A stretch of DNA of 64,000 bases, filler included, from Stramenopiles sp. TOSAG23-3 (Eukaryota), in the NCBI GenBank assembly GCA_900128585.1. It is 18 parts of 18 records of this genome, joined end to end, with 100 filler letters (N's around TTAATTAATTAA, not from the genome) between each part and the next. Parts side by side here need not be neighbours in the genome. Positions count along the whole stretch, not along the records: positions 21,450 to 24,916 come from LT644203.1; positions 25,017 to 28,483 come from LT644204.1; positions 28,584 to 32,049 come from LT644205.1; positions 32,150 to 35,615 come from LT644206.1; 14 more parts are not named here. The stretch is one strand, 5' to 3'. The notes beneath the pieces are model-generated. The model did no database searches, was not told where the DNA came from, and saw nothing but the letters and a program-made list of their open reading frames with translations. Positions 21,949 through 34,010 of the stretch are shown piece after piece (within the stretch, counting starts at the first letter, position 1; the number at the start of each line of letters is the position of its first letter). The position numbers were made by a program, and so were the translations under genes.

Positions 21949-22518
21949 TTACAATATATTGTTTCGTGGAAGCATGACAAGGGCGTGGCCGTCGATGCAG
22001 AGGTTGCCGTTGTTTTCGCCGAGTTTCGTCGTTCTGACCGTAGTTTTGCAGACTAGTTTTACAGGGGACGCTTCCTGGACGGTGATTTGCGCGACGATCT
22101 CATCGCCAATGTGGACCGGGGCTTTGAAGCACAAGTTTTGAGACACGTAGATCGCGCCGGGGACCTGGGTAGCGATCAAGGTGGAAAAAAGGCTGCCCAC
22201 GAGCATCCCGTGAACGATGGGGGACCCAAACCTGGTCTTCTTTGCAAACTCTTCGTCGAAGTGGATCGGGTTGTAATCCCCGGAGACTTTCGCGAAACCC
22301 TCCACGTCGGCCTTTTCGAACGTGCGAGTCAAGGTCGCAAACTCGCCGACTTCGAACGACGCCCCGGCAGAGCCAAGCGTTCCACGAATGTTCGCTCCAC
22401 TGCCACAAAAATTTCGAACAAACGGCCCCCCCTTGGGGCGAATGAAACAGTCTAAAAAAGTAGGCCCTCTCGCCTGCCCCATTCCCCCAAAAATTCTCAT
22501 GCTACCCACACCCCGCAT
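21949..22518 (-). CDS. MaoC-like (R)-hydratase/dehydratase, probable organellar presequence
   Basis: FAKVSGDYNPIHFDEEFAKKTRFGSPIVHGML...F.APVHIGD. Confidence 0.92.
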   Translation of the reverse strand: MRGVGSMRIFGGMGQARGPTFLDCFIRPKGGPFVRNFCGSGANIRGTLGSAGASFEVGEFATLTRTFEKADVEGFAKVSGDYNPIHFDEEFAKKTRFGSPIVHGMLVGSLFSTLIATQVPGAIYVSQNLCFKAPVHIGDEIVAQITVQEASPVKLVCKTTVRTTKLGENNGNLCIDGHALVMLPRNNIL

Positions 22519-22906
22519 GTTCGATAAACGACGCACCGGAGAAGAATGTGTGCTTCCGGTCCACAACTAACGTCACCCCCCCGCAACGAAGAAAGCTCAC
22601 GAAAAGATTCCAAGAATATACAATAAACACAAAGAATATCGAAAACAGAAAAGTGGAAATTGTTAAGCAAATTTACTCTACTCTTTGTTTTCTCTGTCTA
22701 TCTATCTATCACATCATTACTTTTGTTGCAATAAACAAAGAAACAAAAAGAAAGAAAGAAAGAAAGAAATTCAATCAACAACGGAAAAAAGAAGAAGAAG
22801 AAGAGATAGAGTAGATATAGATATAGAAGATATAGAAGAAGAAGAAAGAAGAAAAAAAAGAAAGAAGAAGAAATAAAGAAGAATAAGAAGAAGGAAGAAG
22901 AATTAA

Positions 22907-22946
<40 letters not shown>

Positions 22947-23770
22947 AGAAGAAGAAGAAATAATAAAGATAGAAGAAGAAATAAAAGAAAGAAGAAGAAA
23001 GAAGAAGACAGAAGAAAGAAGAAGAAATAAAGAAGAAGAAGAAGGAAGAAGAAGGACGGAAGAAGAAGAATTAAAAGAAAGAAGAAAGAAGAAAGAAGAG
23101 AACAAGAAGAAGAAGAAAAGAAAAAAAGAAAAAAACGCGCGGCGGCGATGATCCTCTTTTTATCCTCCATGCTATCTCAATATTAAACTACGGTACCGCT
23201 CCTTATATTGCTGCATTTATTTCAGGGAAGGAAAGGAAAGAGAATCCATCTAAAATTAAGGGTTTGATTTTATAATATCTCTTTTTAATGCTAAAGCCAT
23301 TGTATCTATAAAGATTAAAATGAAATCATTTCTCAATATTAAAAATAAGAAAATAAAATGAAAAAATGATCAAATATACATACATAACATATACACAACA
23401 TATATAATACATATATACATATTTCCTTAATTCCTCCTCCTCGTCGTCGCGTCGTCGGTCGTCGTGTGATAAAAGAAAGAAGAAGAAGAAAAAAGAAGAA
23501 GAAGATAGAAGAAAGAAGAAGAAGAAAAGGAGTTCGTGAGAATTGAATTGAATATTGAATTGAATTTATTTAATACTTGGTATAGAACAGAGACTATGTC
23601 ATTTATATAATTAAACCACCAATTTGAAACTTAAAGAAGAAGAGAAAGAAGAAGAAGTGAGTGTGGGAAAGAAGGCAACATTTGTTACTCTCTCTATATA
23701 TATATACATATATATCGATTTATCTTTTGGATTTATTCGTGCTCGTCTTGTTGGTTCAAAACAAAACAAT

Positions 23771-23940
23771 ATGGCAGATGACCGACGCAAAGCCATGGAG
23801 GCACTGTTGGAAAAACGAAAAAGGGAAGCTGCCTTGGCTGGTGACAGTAGTGACGACGAGATTCCCATGAAAAGGAAGAAGAAGAAGAAGAAGCGTGTGA
23901 TTGTTGATTCCGATTCCGATAGTGACGACGGGGGTCTGTT

Positions 23941-23975
<35 letters not shown>

Positions 23976-24319
23976 GCAGCAAACGTGCGCCCAGCAAGCC
24001 CGCGGCGAGCAAACCGGCGTCAGGCGACCGCATAAAGAAGAAGAAGAAGGAAAAGAAGGAGAAAAAGCACAAGAAGGAGAAGAAACATAAGAAGGAGAAG
24101 AAACGGGCGCGTGTTCCGAAACAGAGCAAAGCCAAGAGGAAATCACGCGACTCCGATTCGGAGGATGACAGTGACCTGGACGATTTCTGCGAAGACGACT
24201 TGGACGGAATCGACACAACTCTGATTATCAAAAGTTCGGGCAGAGGGGGGCGCTCCACGCGGGCACGAAAGGCCGTGAAGTATACCTACGACTCTCCAGA
24301 CGAAGAGGAAGAGTGGTGA
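23771..24319 (+). CDS. Low-complexity Lys/Asp/Gly-rich protein, probably nuclear
   Basis: GC-balanced ORF; poly-K tracts, poly-G, DLDGIDTTLII, RSTRARKAVKY. Confidence 0.65.
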
Positions 24320-24623
24320 ACTGAACTCAGGGTTTGATTAGGGAGAGAAAGTTGCGTTTTTCTAAGTCTTAAAATAACAGAATCTATGCGAAAAACACGA
24401 AACTTTGTTTAATTCGTATGATACACTTTCTTTCAAAAATGTTTTAATTATTTTTATAGCATATGATACGAAAGGAGCTGTAAATTTTGAATTTAATTAC
24501 TTAAATAACATGGACAATTTTCTTTTTTTAATTAAATTGACGGAGTTACGAGCATTTAGGCTGGGGCAATTCTTGCTCAGGCGCACCGTAACTATAATGC
24601 TTTCAGCGTGCGGTAATACAATT

Positions 24624-24916
24624 TTACAGACAAAACACTGCCACAACCAAGGTCAGAAATTTCAACGACGAAAACCCACCTGCCGGGAGGTTTCTTCCGG
24701 CGGCGTCCAAATCGTCCTCAACGTATCGAAATTTCTTCTTGTCCACGCCGCAGACACGATCCGACGATGCGGTCCCCTCTCCAAGCTCTTCGTCCAGCCC
24801 GCTGCACGCGGTCCATTTCCGGCACTCTTCCAAGTTGGATGCATTTGTAAACTTTCCAGAGCCGCACGCGGTGCATGCGCGGTTCGCTTTCTGCGACCCT
24901 GCCCGAGAGACGTAAG
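24624..24916 (-). CDS. C-terminus of a Cys-rich (TNFR-like repeat) surface protein with hydrophobic, possibly GPI-signal tail; 5'-truncated
   Basis: Frame reads YVSRAGSQKANRACTACGSGKFTNASNLEECRKWTACS...GTASSDRVC...LKFLTLVVAVFCL*. Confidence 0.7.
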
Positions 24917-26097
24917 NNNNNNNNNNNNNNNNNNNNNNNNNNNNNNNNNNNNNNNNNNNNTTAATTAATTAANNNNNNNNNNNNNNNNNNNNNNNNNNNN
25001 NNNNNNNNNNNNNNNNTTTTACTTTTTGTACTTCAATTTTGTATTTCTTTTTGTTTTGTTTTGTTTTTTATTTCTTTTTTTTTGTGAGTGATAATGGATG
25101 ATGTGTTGTTGTTCTTTAAATTCACCTTCACTACCTTCTATATAATTAATATTATACATTGTAATACCATTGTATTGTATACTTGGGAAACGCTTGAATG
25201 ATGGTTGGGTTGTTTGGGTGGGCTTAGCTTTCTGCTTTCTTTGTTTGATTATATGGCGGGGAGGGGCTGAGTGGTGAGTGGAGGAGCGTTAGGGTAGGGA
25301 GGGGGTGGGGTTATGATATTAGGTTACAAGTAGGGCTTTAAATGACCGAACTGTCAACAAACCTTTACTGTGTTCCTGTATATATAAAATACCAGTGTGT
25401 TTACTTTTAATCTTTAAAAATTACTAAGTTAAATATTTCCTACTTCCTTAACTCTCATCTGAACTTCTGTGAAATGGACAGAGGACTTAAAGAGGACTTA
25501 AAAAGGACACTGGACTCTTTTCGTTCTTTGTCGATCTTTCAAGTTTAAGTATGAGATTTCTATACTCCCGAAGCCTAATCAGCACGGCTCCTCTCATTCT
25601 ATTAACGAATTATAGAATTAGGGTTTCCGAACTCAGAGGACGGTAGGCTAGGCATCCATCCTATCCTATCCTATCCCATCCGAAGGGTATAGTTTGATAT
25701 AAAATAAAATGGATTTGTACTTTAATAATGCTTTAATGTACTCTAGGTATAATAGGAGAATAGGAGATGGCGGGAGGGAAGGAAGAAGAGAAGAAGAGAA
25801 GAAGAGAAGAAAAGAAGGAGAGAAGGAGGCCAAATGACCTCCTACCTCCTATCTAAAATAATAATAATAAAATAATAATGACTACTCTTCNNNNNNNNNN
25901 ATAATAATTATTTATATATATAAACAAACCAACTATACCCGATCGATCATTCAACTAAAAAGAAAAACATGAGAAAGAGACAGAATGAGTAAATGATTGT
26001 TTGAGAAGTTACTCTATTGTTTGGTGTACGTGCTATACAATAAAGGCAGGGAGAAAAACCCGTCACAACACACACACACACCACCACCACACCAACC

Positions 26098-27231
26098 ATG
26101 TCGAAGAGTGTGCCCACGGTGAAGCCATCCATGTTCGCGCACATTTCGGACGACAGCTGGCAGTCCTTTACAGGGGTGATGCTGTCCGTGCTGGGGTCGT
26201 TCTGCTTTGTGGCAGGTTGGCAGATGATACAGGGCGCTAACCAAGAGGTCCTTGACAAAGGATTGAAAGCGGATAAAATAGATAAAAAGAAGTGGCGCGG
26301 GGGGGTCCTGTTGAACGTCATCGCCGGCCTCTTCGACTCGGTCGCCCTAGCCTTCACGGCGCAGAGCCTTATTAGCATTTTGAGCGGCCTCGCCCTCGTC
26401 TTGAACGCCCTGATCATCCCCTGCTACAACGAACACGAGTTGAGGCAGATGAAGAAGAGCAAGTTTGCGTCCGTGACCGGGGGGGTCATCATCTTTTTTG
26501 GCACACTCCTGTGCGTGTTCAGCGCGGACCACAGGCCGACGGCGTATTCGTCCCGGGAGTTAGAAATATTTTTCTCCGAGTCCCTCTTTGTTGGTTTCGA
26601 GGTTACAACGTTGCTAATAACGGTGTACTTTGAGATGATCCTGAAGTGCTACCCAGACAAAGCGAATCTCCGGAAGCAGATCACAATGCTCACCCTGTAT
26701 GGCTTTGCCCCGGCGTGGTGTGGTGCGGTCATGAACATGATGTTGAAGGCAGACATGGAAATAATTAAAAGTTCGTTCAAGGGCGAATCCTCGTTGGTCA
26801 GCGCCGATTTTCTGATGAACATTGTTTGTATCATCGCGCTTGCCGTCGCCCAGCTTCTCCTGATCAACCGGGGCCTGCATTCATTTGGGCGCGGGGGGAT
26901 GAAATTCCTGGGATTCTACCAAACCGTTATGATGGCGATGGGAGTCATGAACGGTGCCCTCTTTTACGGAGAGTTCGATGGCTTTGGCGTAGGCCAATGG
27001 GTTTGTTTCGTCATTGGGTTCGTTGTCATTGTCTGGGGCATGCTTATCATCACCTTTCTTGGCGAGCCGAGGGAACATGCAGATGACACCCCGACGTTGG
27101 AATCCTGCAGTGGCTGCCACTCGCGCTACGTGTGCGGCATCTTTGATGAAATTGTTGTTGAGAACCCGATGGGGAAGTTTGAACCAGTTCGACAAACTGG
27201 GTACAAAGATCGATATGACGATGGGATTTAA
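26098..27231 (+). CDS. NIPA-family magnesium transporter (DMT superfamily)
   Basis: KKWRGGVLL..IAGLFDSVALAFTAQSLISILSGLALVLNA; ~9 TM helices; GALFYGEF. Confidence 0.85.
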   Translation: MSKSVPTVKPSMFAHISDDSWQSFTGVMLSVLGSFCFVAGWQMIQGANQEVLDKGLKADKIDKKKWRGGVLLNVIAGLFDSVALAFTAQSLISILSGLALVLNALIIPCYNEHELRQMKKSKFASVTGGVIIFFGTLLCVFSADHRPTAYSSRELEIFFSESLFVGFEVTTLLITVYFEMILKCYPDKANLRKQITMLTLYGFAPAWCGAVMNMMLKADMEIIKSSFKGESSLVSADFLMNIVCIIALAVAQLLLINRGLHSFGRGGMKFLGFYQTVMMAMGVMNGALFYGEFDGFGVGQWVCFVIGFVVIVWGMLIITFLGEPREHADDTPTLESCSGCHSRYVCGIFDEIVVENPMGKFEPVRQTGYKDRYDDGI

Positions 27232-27491
27232 GGGCAGAGCGAGGGAGAGATGGGAGGTGGTTTAAAACCTACGAATCATAGAAAATTTTTAAACAATTAA
27301 AGAAAAAAACCATACCCATACAGTTTATCTAAATTATAAGTAAATGTTTCCATTTGATTTTTGTACAAAGTAATAAATGTTTTCAGTGGATTGTATTTAC
27401 ACTCCCAGGTTAATTTGTTTTCCTCCCCGCCCCGACAGTAAAATAGTATCATGGTATATGAAATTTTTTTATGCACACGCGAAATGCCCGC

Positions 27492-28379
27492 CTAATCTTT
27501 TTTCCCTCTTAGTTTGGGTAGTTTCTCGGCCAACGCTGGCCAGTACGTTGCATGGTCGTACCCTGGGGACGACTGCACGTCAAAAATTTCCCCGTCAATT
27601 CCTGTGATGGCCTTCCAATCCTTTCCAAGTAACGATTGCATGATCGTGTCGTTCTTGCTGCCCGGATCGTATTCCCCTCTTACAAGGACGATTTTACTCC
27701 TCGTAACGGGGTCGATGAACGGGCTGCACATGCCCAAAAATACAGTAAAATACGCCGGTGGTTGCCACAGTATCGCAGTCCCAAGCCGTTCGCAGTAGTA
27801 TTTTGCAAAAATATCGAGGGTGATCTTCGTGGTTGAGAGCGCCGGAGCGTTCCAGATGCTGAAGGCCTCCAGGTTAATAAACACGACTTGTTTTTCTACG
27901 GGAGGCTTCATATGGAGAATGGAGTATTCCATGTTGAACAACAGAAACCGCATTTGCCCCGACTGCTCCGTGGTATTCTCTACAGTGTTGTCCAAGACAA
28001 CCACCGGGCGGTGATGCCGGTCGATCCCCCCCAGTCTGACTTTGCCGGTCGCGGCCTCCTTTTCCATCTCTTCTGGGCCTATGCCAAAGGGTTTTTCCAC
28101 GGAGAAAAACTCCGCGGTCTGTTGCGCCAGCACAACGCTATTGTTAATGTTAAAGTTTCGAGCCCTTAAAATTCGTTGGGCATCGTGCGTTATCCTCGCC
28201 TTCACTGTGTCCTCGATCTCCCCCCATCGTTTCCAACGTTCCATTTCGGTCAAAAATGCTACCTCCGCGGCTTTGTGTTCCTCGGTCGGCTCCGGAGTGT
28301 TCACATGGTAGTCCTTCACCAACTCCGCGTCCCCGTCTTTGGTAACAGCACCAACCTCCGCTCCACTATCTTGGCTCAT
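27492..28379 (-). CDS. CRAL-TRIO/Sec14-family lipid-binding protein
   Basis: RILRARNFNI, GKVRLGGIDRHHRPVV, YYCERLG...PP..F...PFIDPVTRSKI. Confidence 0.92.
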   Translation of the reverse strand: MSQDSGAEVGAVTKDGDAELVKDYHVNTPEPTEEHKAAEVAFLTEMERWKRWGEIEDTVKARITHDAQRILRARNFNINNSVVLAQQTAEFFSVEKPFGIGPEEMEKEAATGKVRLGGIDRHHRPVVVLDNTVENTTEQSGQMRFLLFNMEYSILHMKPPVEKQVVFINLEAFSIWNAPALSTTKITLDIFAKYYCERLGTAILWQPPAYFTVFLGMCSPFIDPVTRSKIVLVRGEYDPGSKNDTIMQSLLGKDWKAITGIDGEIFDVQSSPGYDHATYWPALAEKLPKLRGKKD

Positions 28380-28616
28380 ATTTATCAAGCACGCACAGCC
28401 TGGTTTGAACTAACTAACAAGATACAGAACGATAAACCAGACGCAAACCTGCAGAGTGCTCTAATCACATGTTATTGCTATGCNNNNNNNNNNNNNNNNN
28501 NNNNNNNNNNNNNNNNNNNNNNNNNNNTTAATTAATTAANNNNNNNNNNNNNNNNNNNNNNNNNNNNNNNNNNNNNNNNNNNNTCTATATAATTTGTTTT
28601 TTTATTATTGTTCTTA

Positions 28617-29468
28617 TTATGAAAACAAATACATCGCACTCTTCAATTTTTCGTCTTTGCTCATCGTTTTCCAGCTCCCATGGTTGAACGTGTAGTTGTA
28701 CAGCGGCATGGAAATCCATGGCGCAAAGCTCCCCTGGCCCTCCATGATTCTATTCCATAGCTCGAAGTCTTCGACTCCCGTCAGCTCCGTGTCGAAGAAG
28801 GACGCCTCGGCGCCCGCCGCATCCTTGCGCCACAAGAACGATGCCGACCCTTGCCAGCCAAGCAACACGTCGTGCGGGCAGCGGTAATCGTGATGCGATC
28901 GCACCACGAGGTCTCCCTGCTCGTCCACCATGTTCCAGTCCGAAAAGTAGTAATTGCTTTCTGGAAACTCGGCAGCCACCGATACGAACGTGCTTAGAAA
29001 GTTTGGCTCAAGGAAGTTGTCCGAGGATGTCCAGGTGAGCAACCCGGCCCTGGCCTTTCGGATCCCGACGTTCAAAGCGTTCGGGAGACCGCCATTCTTC
29101 TCCAGAAACACCCCCACGACCCGTTTGTCTTTCGCCTGGTACGATTTAATAATACCTGCGGTGTTGTCAGCCGAACCGTCGTTTACTATAATCAATTCAA
29201 AGTCAAAGAAAGTTTGTAAAAGGACGCTCTCCACCGCTTTCCGGAACAGCTGGTGGTTTTCGACGTTGTAGGCTGGCAAAATCACGCTCACCGCTGGAGA
29301 CACGTCGTACGGCTGACTGTAGCGCGAGGCTGCTCGATTTGCTCGCACGGCGTCTTGGGCGGCTGCACGGTGCCGATTCGCCACCAGCGCCCCCAATGGA
29401 CGCGCGAGGACCGAGTGAAACAGGCACATTACCAATGCCCATACGTAACGTGGCGAACAGTACATCAT
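28617..29468 (-). CDS. Glycosyltransferase family 2 with signal/anchor peptide; 3' end may continue after an intron
   Basis: VSVILPAYN, ESVLLQTFFDFELIIVNDGSAD, NGGLPNALNVG, WTSSDN, EDFELW. Confidence 0.9.
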   Translation of the reverse strand: MMYCSPRYVWALVMCLFHSVLARPLGALVANRHRAAAQDAVRANRAASRYSQPYDVSPAVSVILPAYNVENHQLFRKAVESVLLQTFFDFELIIVNDGSADNTAGIIKSYQAKDKRVVGVFLEKNGGLPNALNVGIRKARAGLLTWTSSDNFLEPNFLSTFVSVAAEFPESNYYFSDWNMVDEQGDLVVRSHHDYRCPHDVLLGWQGSASFLWRKDAAGAEASFFDTELTGVEDFELWNRIMEGQGSFAPWISMPLYNYTFNHGSWKTMSKDEKLKSAMYLFS

Positions 29469-30734
29469 GAACACTTCTTCCCCGTTGAATTCATCAATAT
29501 ATGCACAAAAAAAGGCTAAAGCGCAACGTAGAAAGTGACAACCCGGAATAATTGTATACACCTTTATTCCCTTTTCAAAGTGTTTAAATGTCGACATGCT
29601 TCATTGTATACTTTGATGATCATCATTTATTTTATATAAAATATATAATAATAAAACATGACGCGATCGTGACAATTATGTATATAAAATTAATTAATAA
29701 TACAACAACTACTTTTTGTTTTTGATTGATGATAATTGATAATAATATATAATAATAATGATTGATGATGACATTTATATATTGATTGATTGTTGTCTTT
29801 TTTTGTTGTTGTTGTTATTATTAGTATAATTTTATATATTATTATACGAATCTAACAATTAACAACCAAAACCCACTCGCCTAAATAAACCAACCTGCCT
29901 CCCTCACCTCTCACCTCTCACCTCTCACCTCAAGATCAAATATAGATAGACGACTAAACAACTAGAATATATTTCATGTAGGCTAATAGTATAATAATTT
30001 TACCTACAATTTATTGTTATAGGGTACCGTGCTTTACTTCTTCGACTGAAATTCATTGATTGATTGATTGCATTTTTTAAATTGTAGAAAGCATTTGTAT
30101 TCCCACAATGAAATACACCCGTAAAAGGAAATAGCATTAGTGCGTCTAACACCAAAATAAACTAATAAATCGTTGCAACATGTCCATTCAATAGAATGTA
30201 GAATACATCTTGTTTTAAATGACGATAGTTTACTTGTATCATATTGTTGTATTTATAAAACTAACATATTTAGAATAATTAGGAATACTCACTTGAAGAA
30301 TAATATTGGAAGACACTCGATAAAGAGAGCTTACCATAGTGATTAAGTGTGCCCAGTGAATTCTCGAAAAAATGTAATGTTGTATGTCAAAAAATGCACT
30401 GGAGGCGATTAGTGGGCATAATATTTTGTAGTGAATATGAAGAATTTATTTAGATCATCCCGCTGCTGTATTAATTATATTAAAAAACAAGATAATAATA
30501 TGCATTATTATTGTTATACTTCTTTCCAAATAATAATAGAAGGGAGGGGGGGGAGGGGCGAAAAAAAAATCACTTTTTTAATCTTATTTTTAGCGGCTGT
30601 TTCGATGGTGAATCTACACCTTCTCTTCCGGGACAAAGAAATACAACTGCGTTTAAATTTGGTAGCTCGGATGCCAATATTTTTTTACCTGGCGAATTTC
30701 CCTATCGTAAAAAAATTGCTCAAATTATTAGTGA

Positions 30735-31457
30735 ATGAATTCCCCTGAATGGGAAGGTACAGAAACGGGATGGCTGCGGCGTCGCAGCATGGAGCGCATT
30801 CTCGCTCTCATCGAAGAAATTCAGGTGTACAATAACAATACAAAGCGATTGGTAAGTGCAGCCCTTGCTTTGTCAAAAAGTGTTAATGCTTCCAATTCCC
30901 TCGCAACCCCGACCGACTTTGAAGAGCTGGGGGCGCTATTGGTAGAGGATACCGCGGGCGATTGCTTGGAAGCACCTCCAGACGTCGCAGAATCCTTTCA
31001 AATGGGATTAAGTGGCTCCAAACGGGCGCGAGACAAGGAGCCTAGCAACAATGAGTATCAAAACGCTCAACGGAGACAAATCAACGGTTTAGATTCTTCT
31101 GCTACCTCGCTGGCCAATCCAGCGGGTTCCTCCAAGGGCGAAACGATAGATTCTACAACTGAACGATTAAAGCGCAAAGAGAAAAAGAAGCGTTTAGCAA
31201 TCCAAATTCATTTCCGCTTCAGAGCAATGGAGATATGCAAACACGCCACGTGGGATGAGAGCGGGTCCATTGGCACCATTTCTATCGAAAGGTTAGTTCA
31301 GCTAAATATCGATTTGAAGAATCCACTAAAGAGCATGAAAAGAAGGATGGTAGCACGAGCGTTTATTTTTCACTCATCAGAGCCTGGTTTCCTCACATTT
31401 TCCCACGCTGAGTTGAACTCGGAAAATTGGAAACTAAAAGTACATGAGTTTCGTTAG
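30735..31457 (+). CDS. Hypothetical protein
   Basis: 240-codon GC-balanced ORF inside AT-rich DNA; no recognised motif. Confidence 0.55.
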   Translation: MNSPEWEGTETGWLRRRSMERILALIEEIQVYNNNTKRLVSAALALSKSVNASNSLATPTDFEELGALLVEDTAGDCLEAPPDVAESFQMGLSGSKRARDKEPSNNEYQNAQRRQINGLDSSATSLANPAGSSKGETIDSTTERLKRKEKKKRLAIQIHFRFRAMEICKHATWDESGSIGTISIERLVQLNIDLKNPLKSMKRRMVARAFIFHSSEPGFLTFSHAELNSENWKLKVHEFR

Positions 31458-32149
31458 ACCTATAATCTGTACTCTAATTCCCTGTTGTTTTATCCGAATT
31501 GGTAGTACTACCTACTGTGTTAATATACTTAATACTAGAAGACACAATCATCCCTGACTATATAATGTAACAACACAAAGATCAATAAAATAAAAAAAGT
31601 CCAATTTAATTTTCTCGTCTCATTTTAGCTGCTATAAAACTATATAGATGTTATTTATTTTGTGATACGCTATCTCCCTGCTGTGAATAAAATGTTGAAG
31701 AAGAAATTCCTTCAATGTAATGTAATAATATGATGACATTCGCATGTTTTTATACACAGCGTTAGGAGTAGGGTGAGAGAGGGGTCGCTTTAAGTTTTAA
31801 TAGCTTAATTACTCCAAACAAAACAACATACAAACATCATTAAGCGCAACAAAATCAACACCGTAATTAAAATTTTAAAAATGAAGCACAGGAAGTTTGT
31901 GACTTGTGATTGATGAATTCTTTTTTTTCTTCTTCTTTTTTCTTCTTCTTCTTCTTTTTTCTTCTTCTTCTTCTTCTTCTTTTTTCTTCTTCTTCTTTTT
32001 TCTTCTTCTTCTTTTTTCTTCTTCTTCTTTTTTCTTCTTCTTCTTTTTTNNNNNNNNNNNNNNNNNNNNNNNNNNNNNNNNNNNNNNNNNNNNTTAATTA
32101 ATTAANNNNNNNNNNNNNNNNNNNNNNNNNNNNNNNNNNNNNNNNNNNN

Positions 32150-32228
32150 ATTCATACTGGTACCGGTACGGTACTACTCTGTATTTATTACAATATGACA
32201 GACAATATGACCATGTACGAAAGTTTAA
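32150..32228 (+). repeat. 79-bp perfect inverted repeat, left copy (partner 35537-35615)
   Basis: Exact reverse complement of 35537-35615. Confidence 0.95.
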
Positions 32229-32525
32229 ATACTACTATTATACTCCAAGGTTGTACTTTATATTAATATATTAATACCTCATCTACGGTACGTTATTCTA
32301 TAAAATAATATATATAATAACTACTACGAACTCACTAAAAAATAAATGAATTTTTGAAAAAGAAAAGCAGCAGAATTTGAATATTGTACAACTTAAATCA
32401 ACAAATAAAAAGGAAAACGAACACTATCAAAAATAAATTAAAACAAAAATCTACCCAACAAACAATTGCAAAGGAAGCTAGGCGACGATTGCAGCACAGT
32501 ACTTTAGACTAAGGTTCGAAAGAAA

Positions 32526-34010
32526 ATGGATTTTACGCAGGAGGCATATGCAGATATTGGAGGGTATTATGGCCATTCCCAGCCAGGAGTTGGGACGCCA
32601 TTGTACCGGCAAGTCGACCAAACGGTCATTGCCTCGCAAGAACGGTTGCAGCGTAGAAGGGATAGAACGCGGGAGAACCAGCGGTACCGAAGGAAAAAAA
32701 TAGCGGAAAAGCTGAGCAATAAACTGGCCGGGACACCTGGGGACGTAGAATTCCAACGTCAAATAAAAAAATGGCGAGTTCGCAATGGAAGCCACCGGCG
32801 TCGATCGAGTGGTTCAATCTTCAACAAAATGTGCAAAGACATAAATGGCATTCGGGTGTTTGTTCGTAAGCGGCCGATAAGCAAAAAGGAAATAAAGAGA
32901 AACGATTATGACGTCACTTCAGTGGACAAAGGAACGAACGCCGTGGTCCATGCACCAAAGCTCTTGGTGGATGGGATAACGAAGGTGCTGTCCAACCAAA
33001 CGTTCCCACTTGACGGGGCATTTGACGTAAATGTAAAAAATGACACCGTATTCAAGGTGGTGGCGCGGCCTTTATTTGATGAAATATTAAAGCATGGTGG
33101 CAATGCAATGTGCTTTGCATTTGGCCAGACAGGGTCTGGAAAGACACACACAATTACCGGGATCCAAGACTACCTTGTGCAGCATGTTTTTGATTTCCTA
33201 AATGGGCGGCCTGATATGACACTGCAGTTAAGTTACTATGAAATATATGGGAACAGGGTCTTTGACCTCCTGAACAAGGGCAACGAAGTCCACGTTCGGG
33301 AAGATGCGAGGAAGAATATAGTCCGCGTCCGCGGCATAGTGTACCGCAAAGTTGGAACCGAGGACGATTTTATACAGTACCTTAAAAATGCAAGCAAGGC
33401 ACGGGTGACAAAAGCAACGAGGAACAATGCAACTTCAAGCCGAAGCCACGCAGTCGCTCAGCTTCAGTTCATTCGGAGGGACCCCGGTGGTGGCAACGGG
33501 TCACTGTTTGGACGGTTTACGTTAGTCGATTTGGCAGGAAGCGAGCGGCACGATGACTCTAAGCAGCACAGTTCAGAGCTTCAATTGGAAAGCGCAGCTA
33601 TCAACACCTCCTTGCTTGCCCTGAAAGAATGCATTCGCTGTATCGGCAGCAAAGCCAAGCCCGAAAGGGTTCCGTATCGCTCTAGCAAACTAACGATGAT
33701 TCTCAAAGACTGCTTTGTGGACGAAAAACTAAAGGTTTCTGTCATCGCAACAATCTCCCCGTCTGCGAGCAATAGCGAGCATACCGTGAACACCCTCAAA
33801 TACGCCTGCCTCCTTCGGGGCGAAAAAGACTCCGTGAGCGACATCGAGATGGTGCAAATGAAGCCTGCAAAAAAAAGGAGCCGAAAGAGCGGGAACAAGA
33901 TGCAGTTGACACTGCTGAAGAGGAAGCTCAAGAAGGTCCATTCCCCCCTACACATTGGGACGACACGGAGGGCGGACGCGCGCAGATGCCTCCGCCCATC
34001 GAAGCATTGA
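32526..34010 (+). CDS. Kinesin-13-like motor; probably the N-terminal half of a two-motor protein frameshifted at 33869-33876
   Basis: VFVRKRP, KLLVDG.TK, FAFGQTGSGKTHT, NATSSRSHA, VDLAGSER, INTSLLALKECIR, PYRSSKLTMILKD. Confidence 0.9.
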   Translation: MDFTQEAYADIGGYYGHSQPGVGTPLYRQVDQTVIASQERLQRRRDRTRENQRYRRKKIAEKLSNKLAGTPGDVEFQRQIKKWRVRNGSHRRRSSGSIFNKMCKDINGIRVFVRKRPISKKEIKRNDYDVTSVDKGTNAVVHAPKLLVDGITKVLSNQTFPLDGAFDVNVKNDTVFKVVARPLFDEILKHGGNAMCFAFGQTGSGKTHTITGIQDYLVQHVFDFLNGRPDMTLQLSYYEIYGNRVFDLLNKGNEVHVREDARKNIVRVRGIVYRKVGTEDDFIQYLKNASKARVTKATRNNATSSRSHAVAQLQFIRRDPGGGNGSLFGRFTLVDLAGSERHDDSKQHSSELQLESAAINTSLLALKECIRCIGSKAKPERVPYRSSKLTMILKDCFVDEKLKVSVIATISPSASNSEHTVNTLKYACLLRGEKDSVSDIEMVQMKPAKKRSRKSGNKMQLTLLKRKLKKVHSPLHIGTTRRADARRCLRPSKH

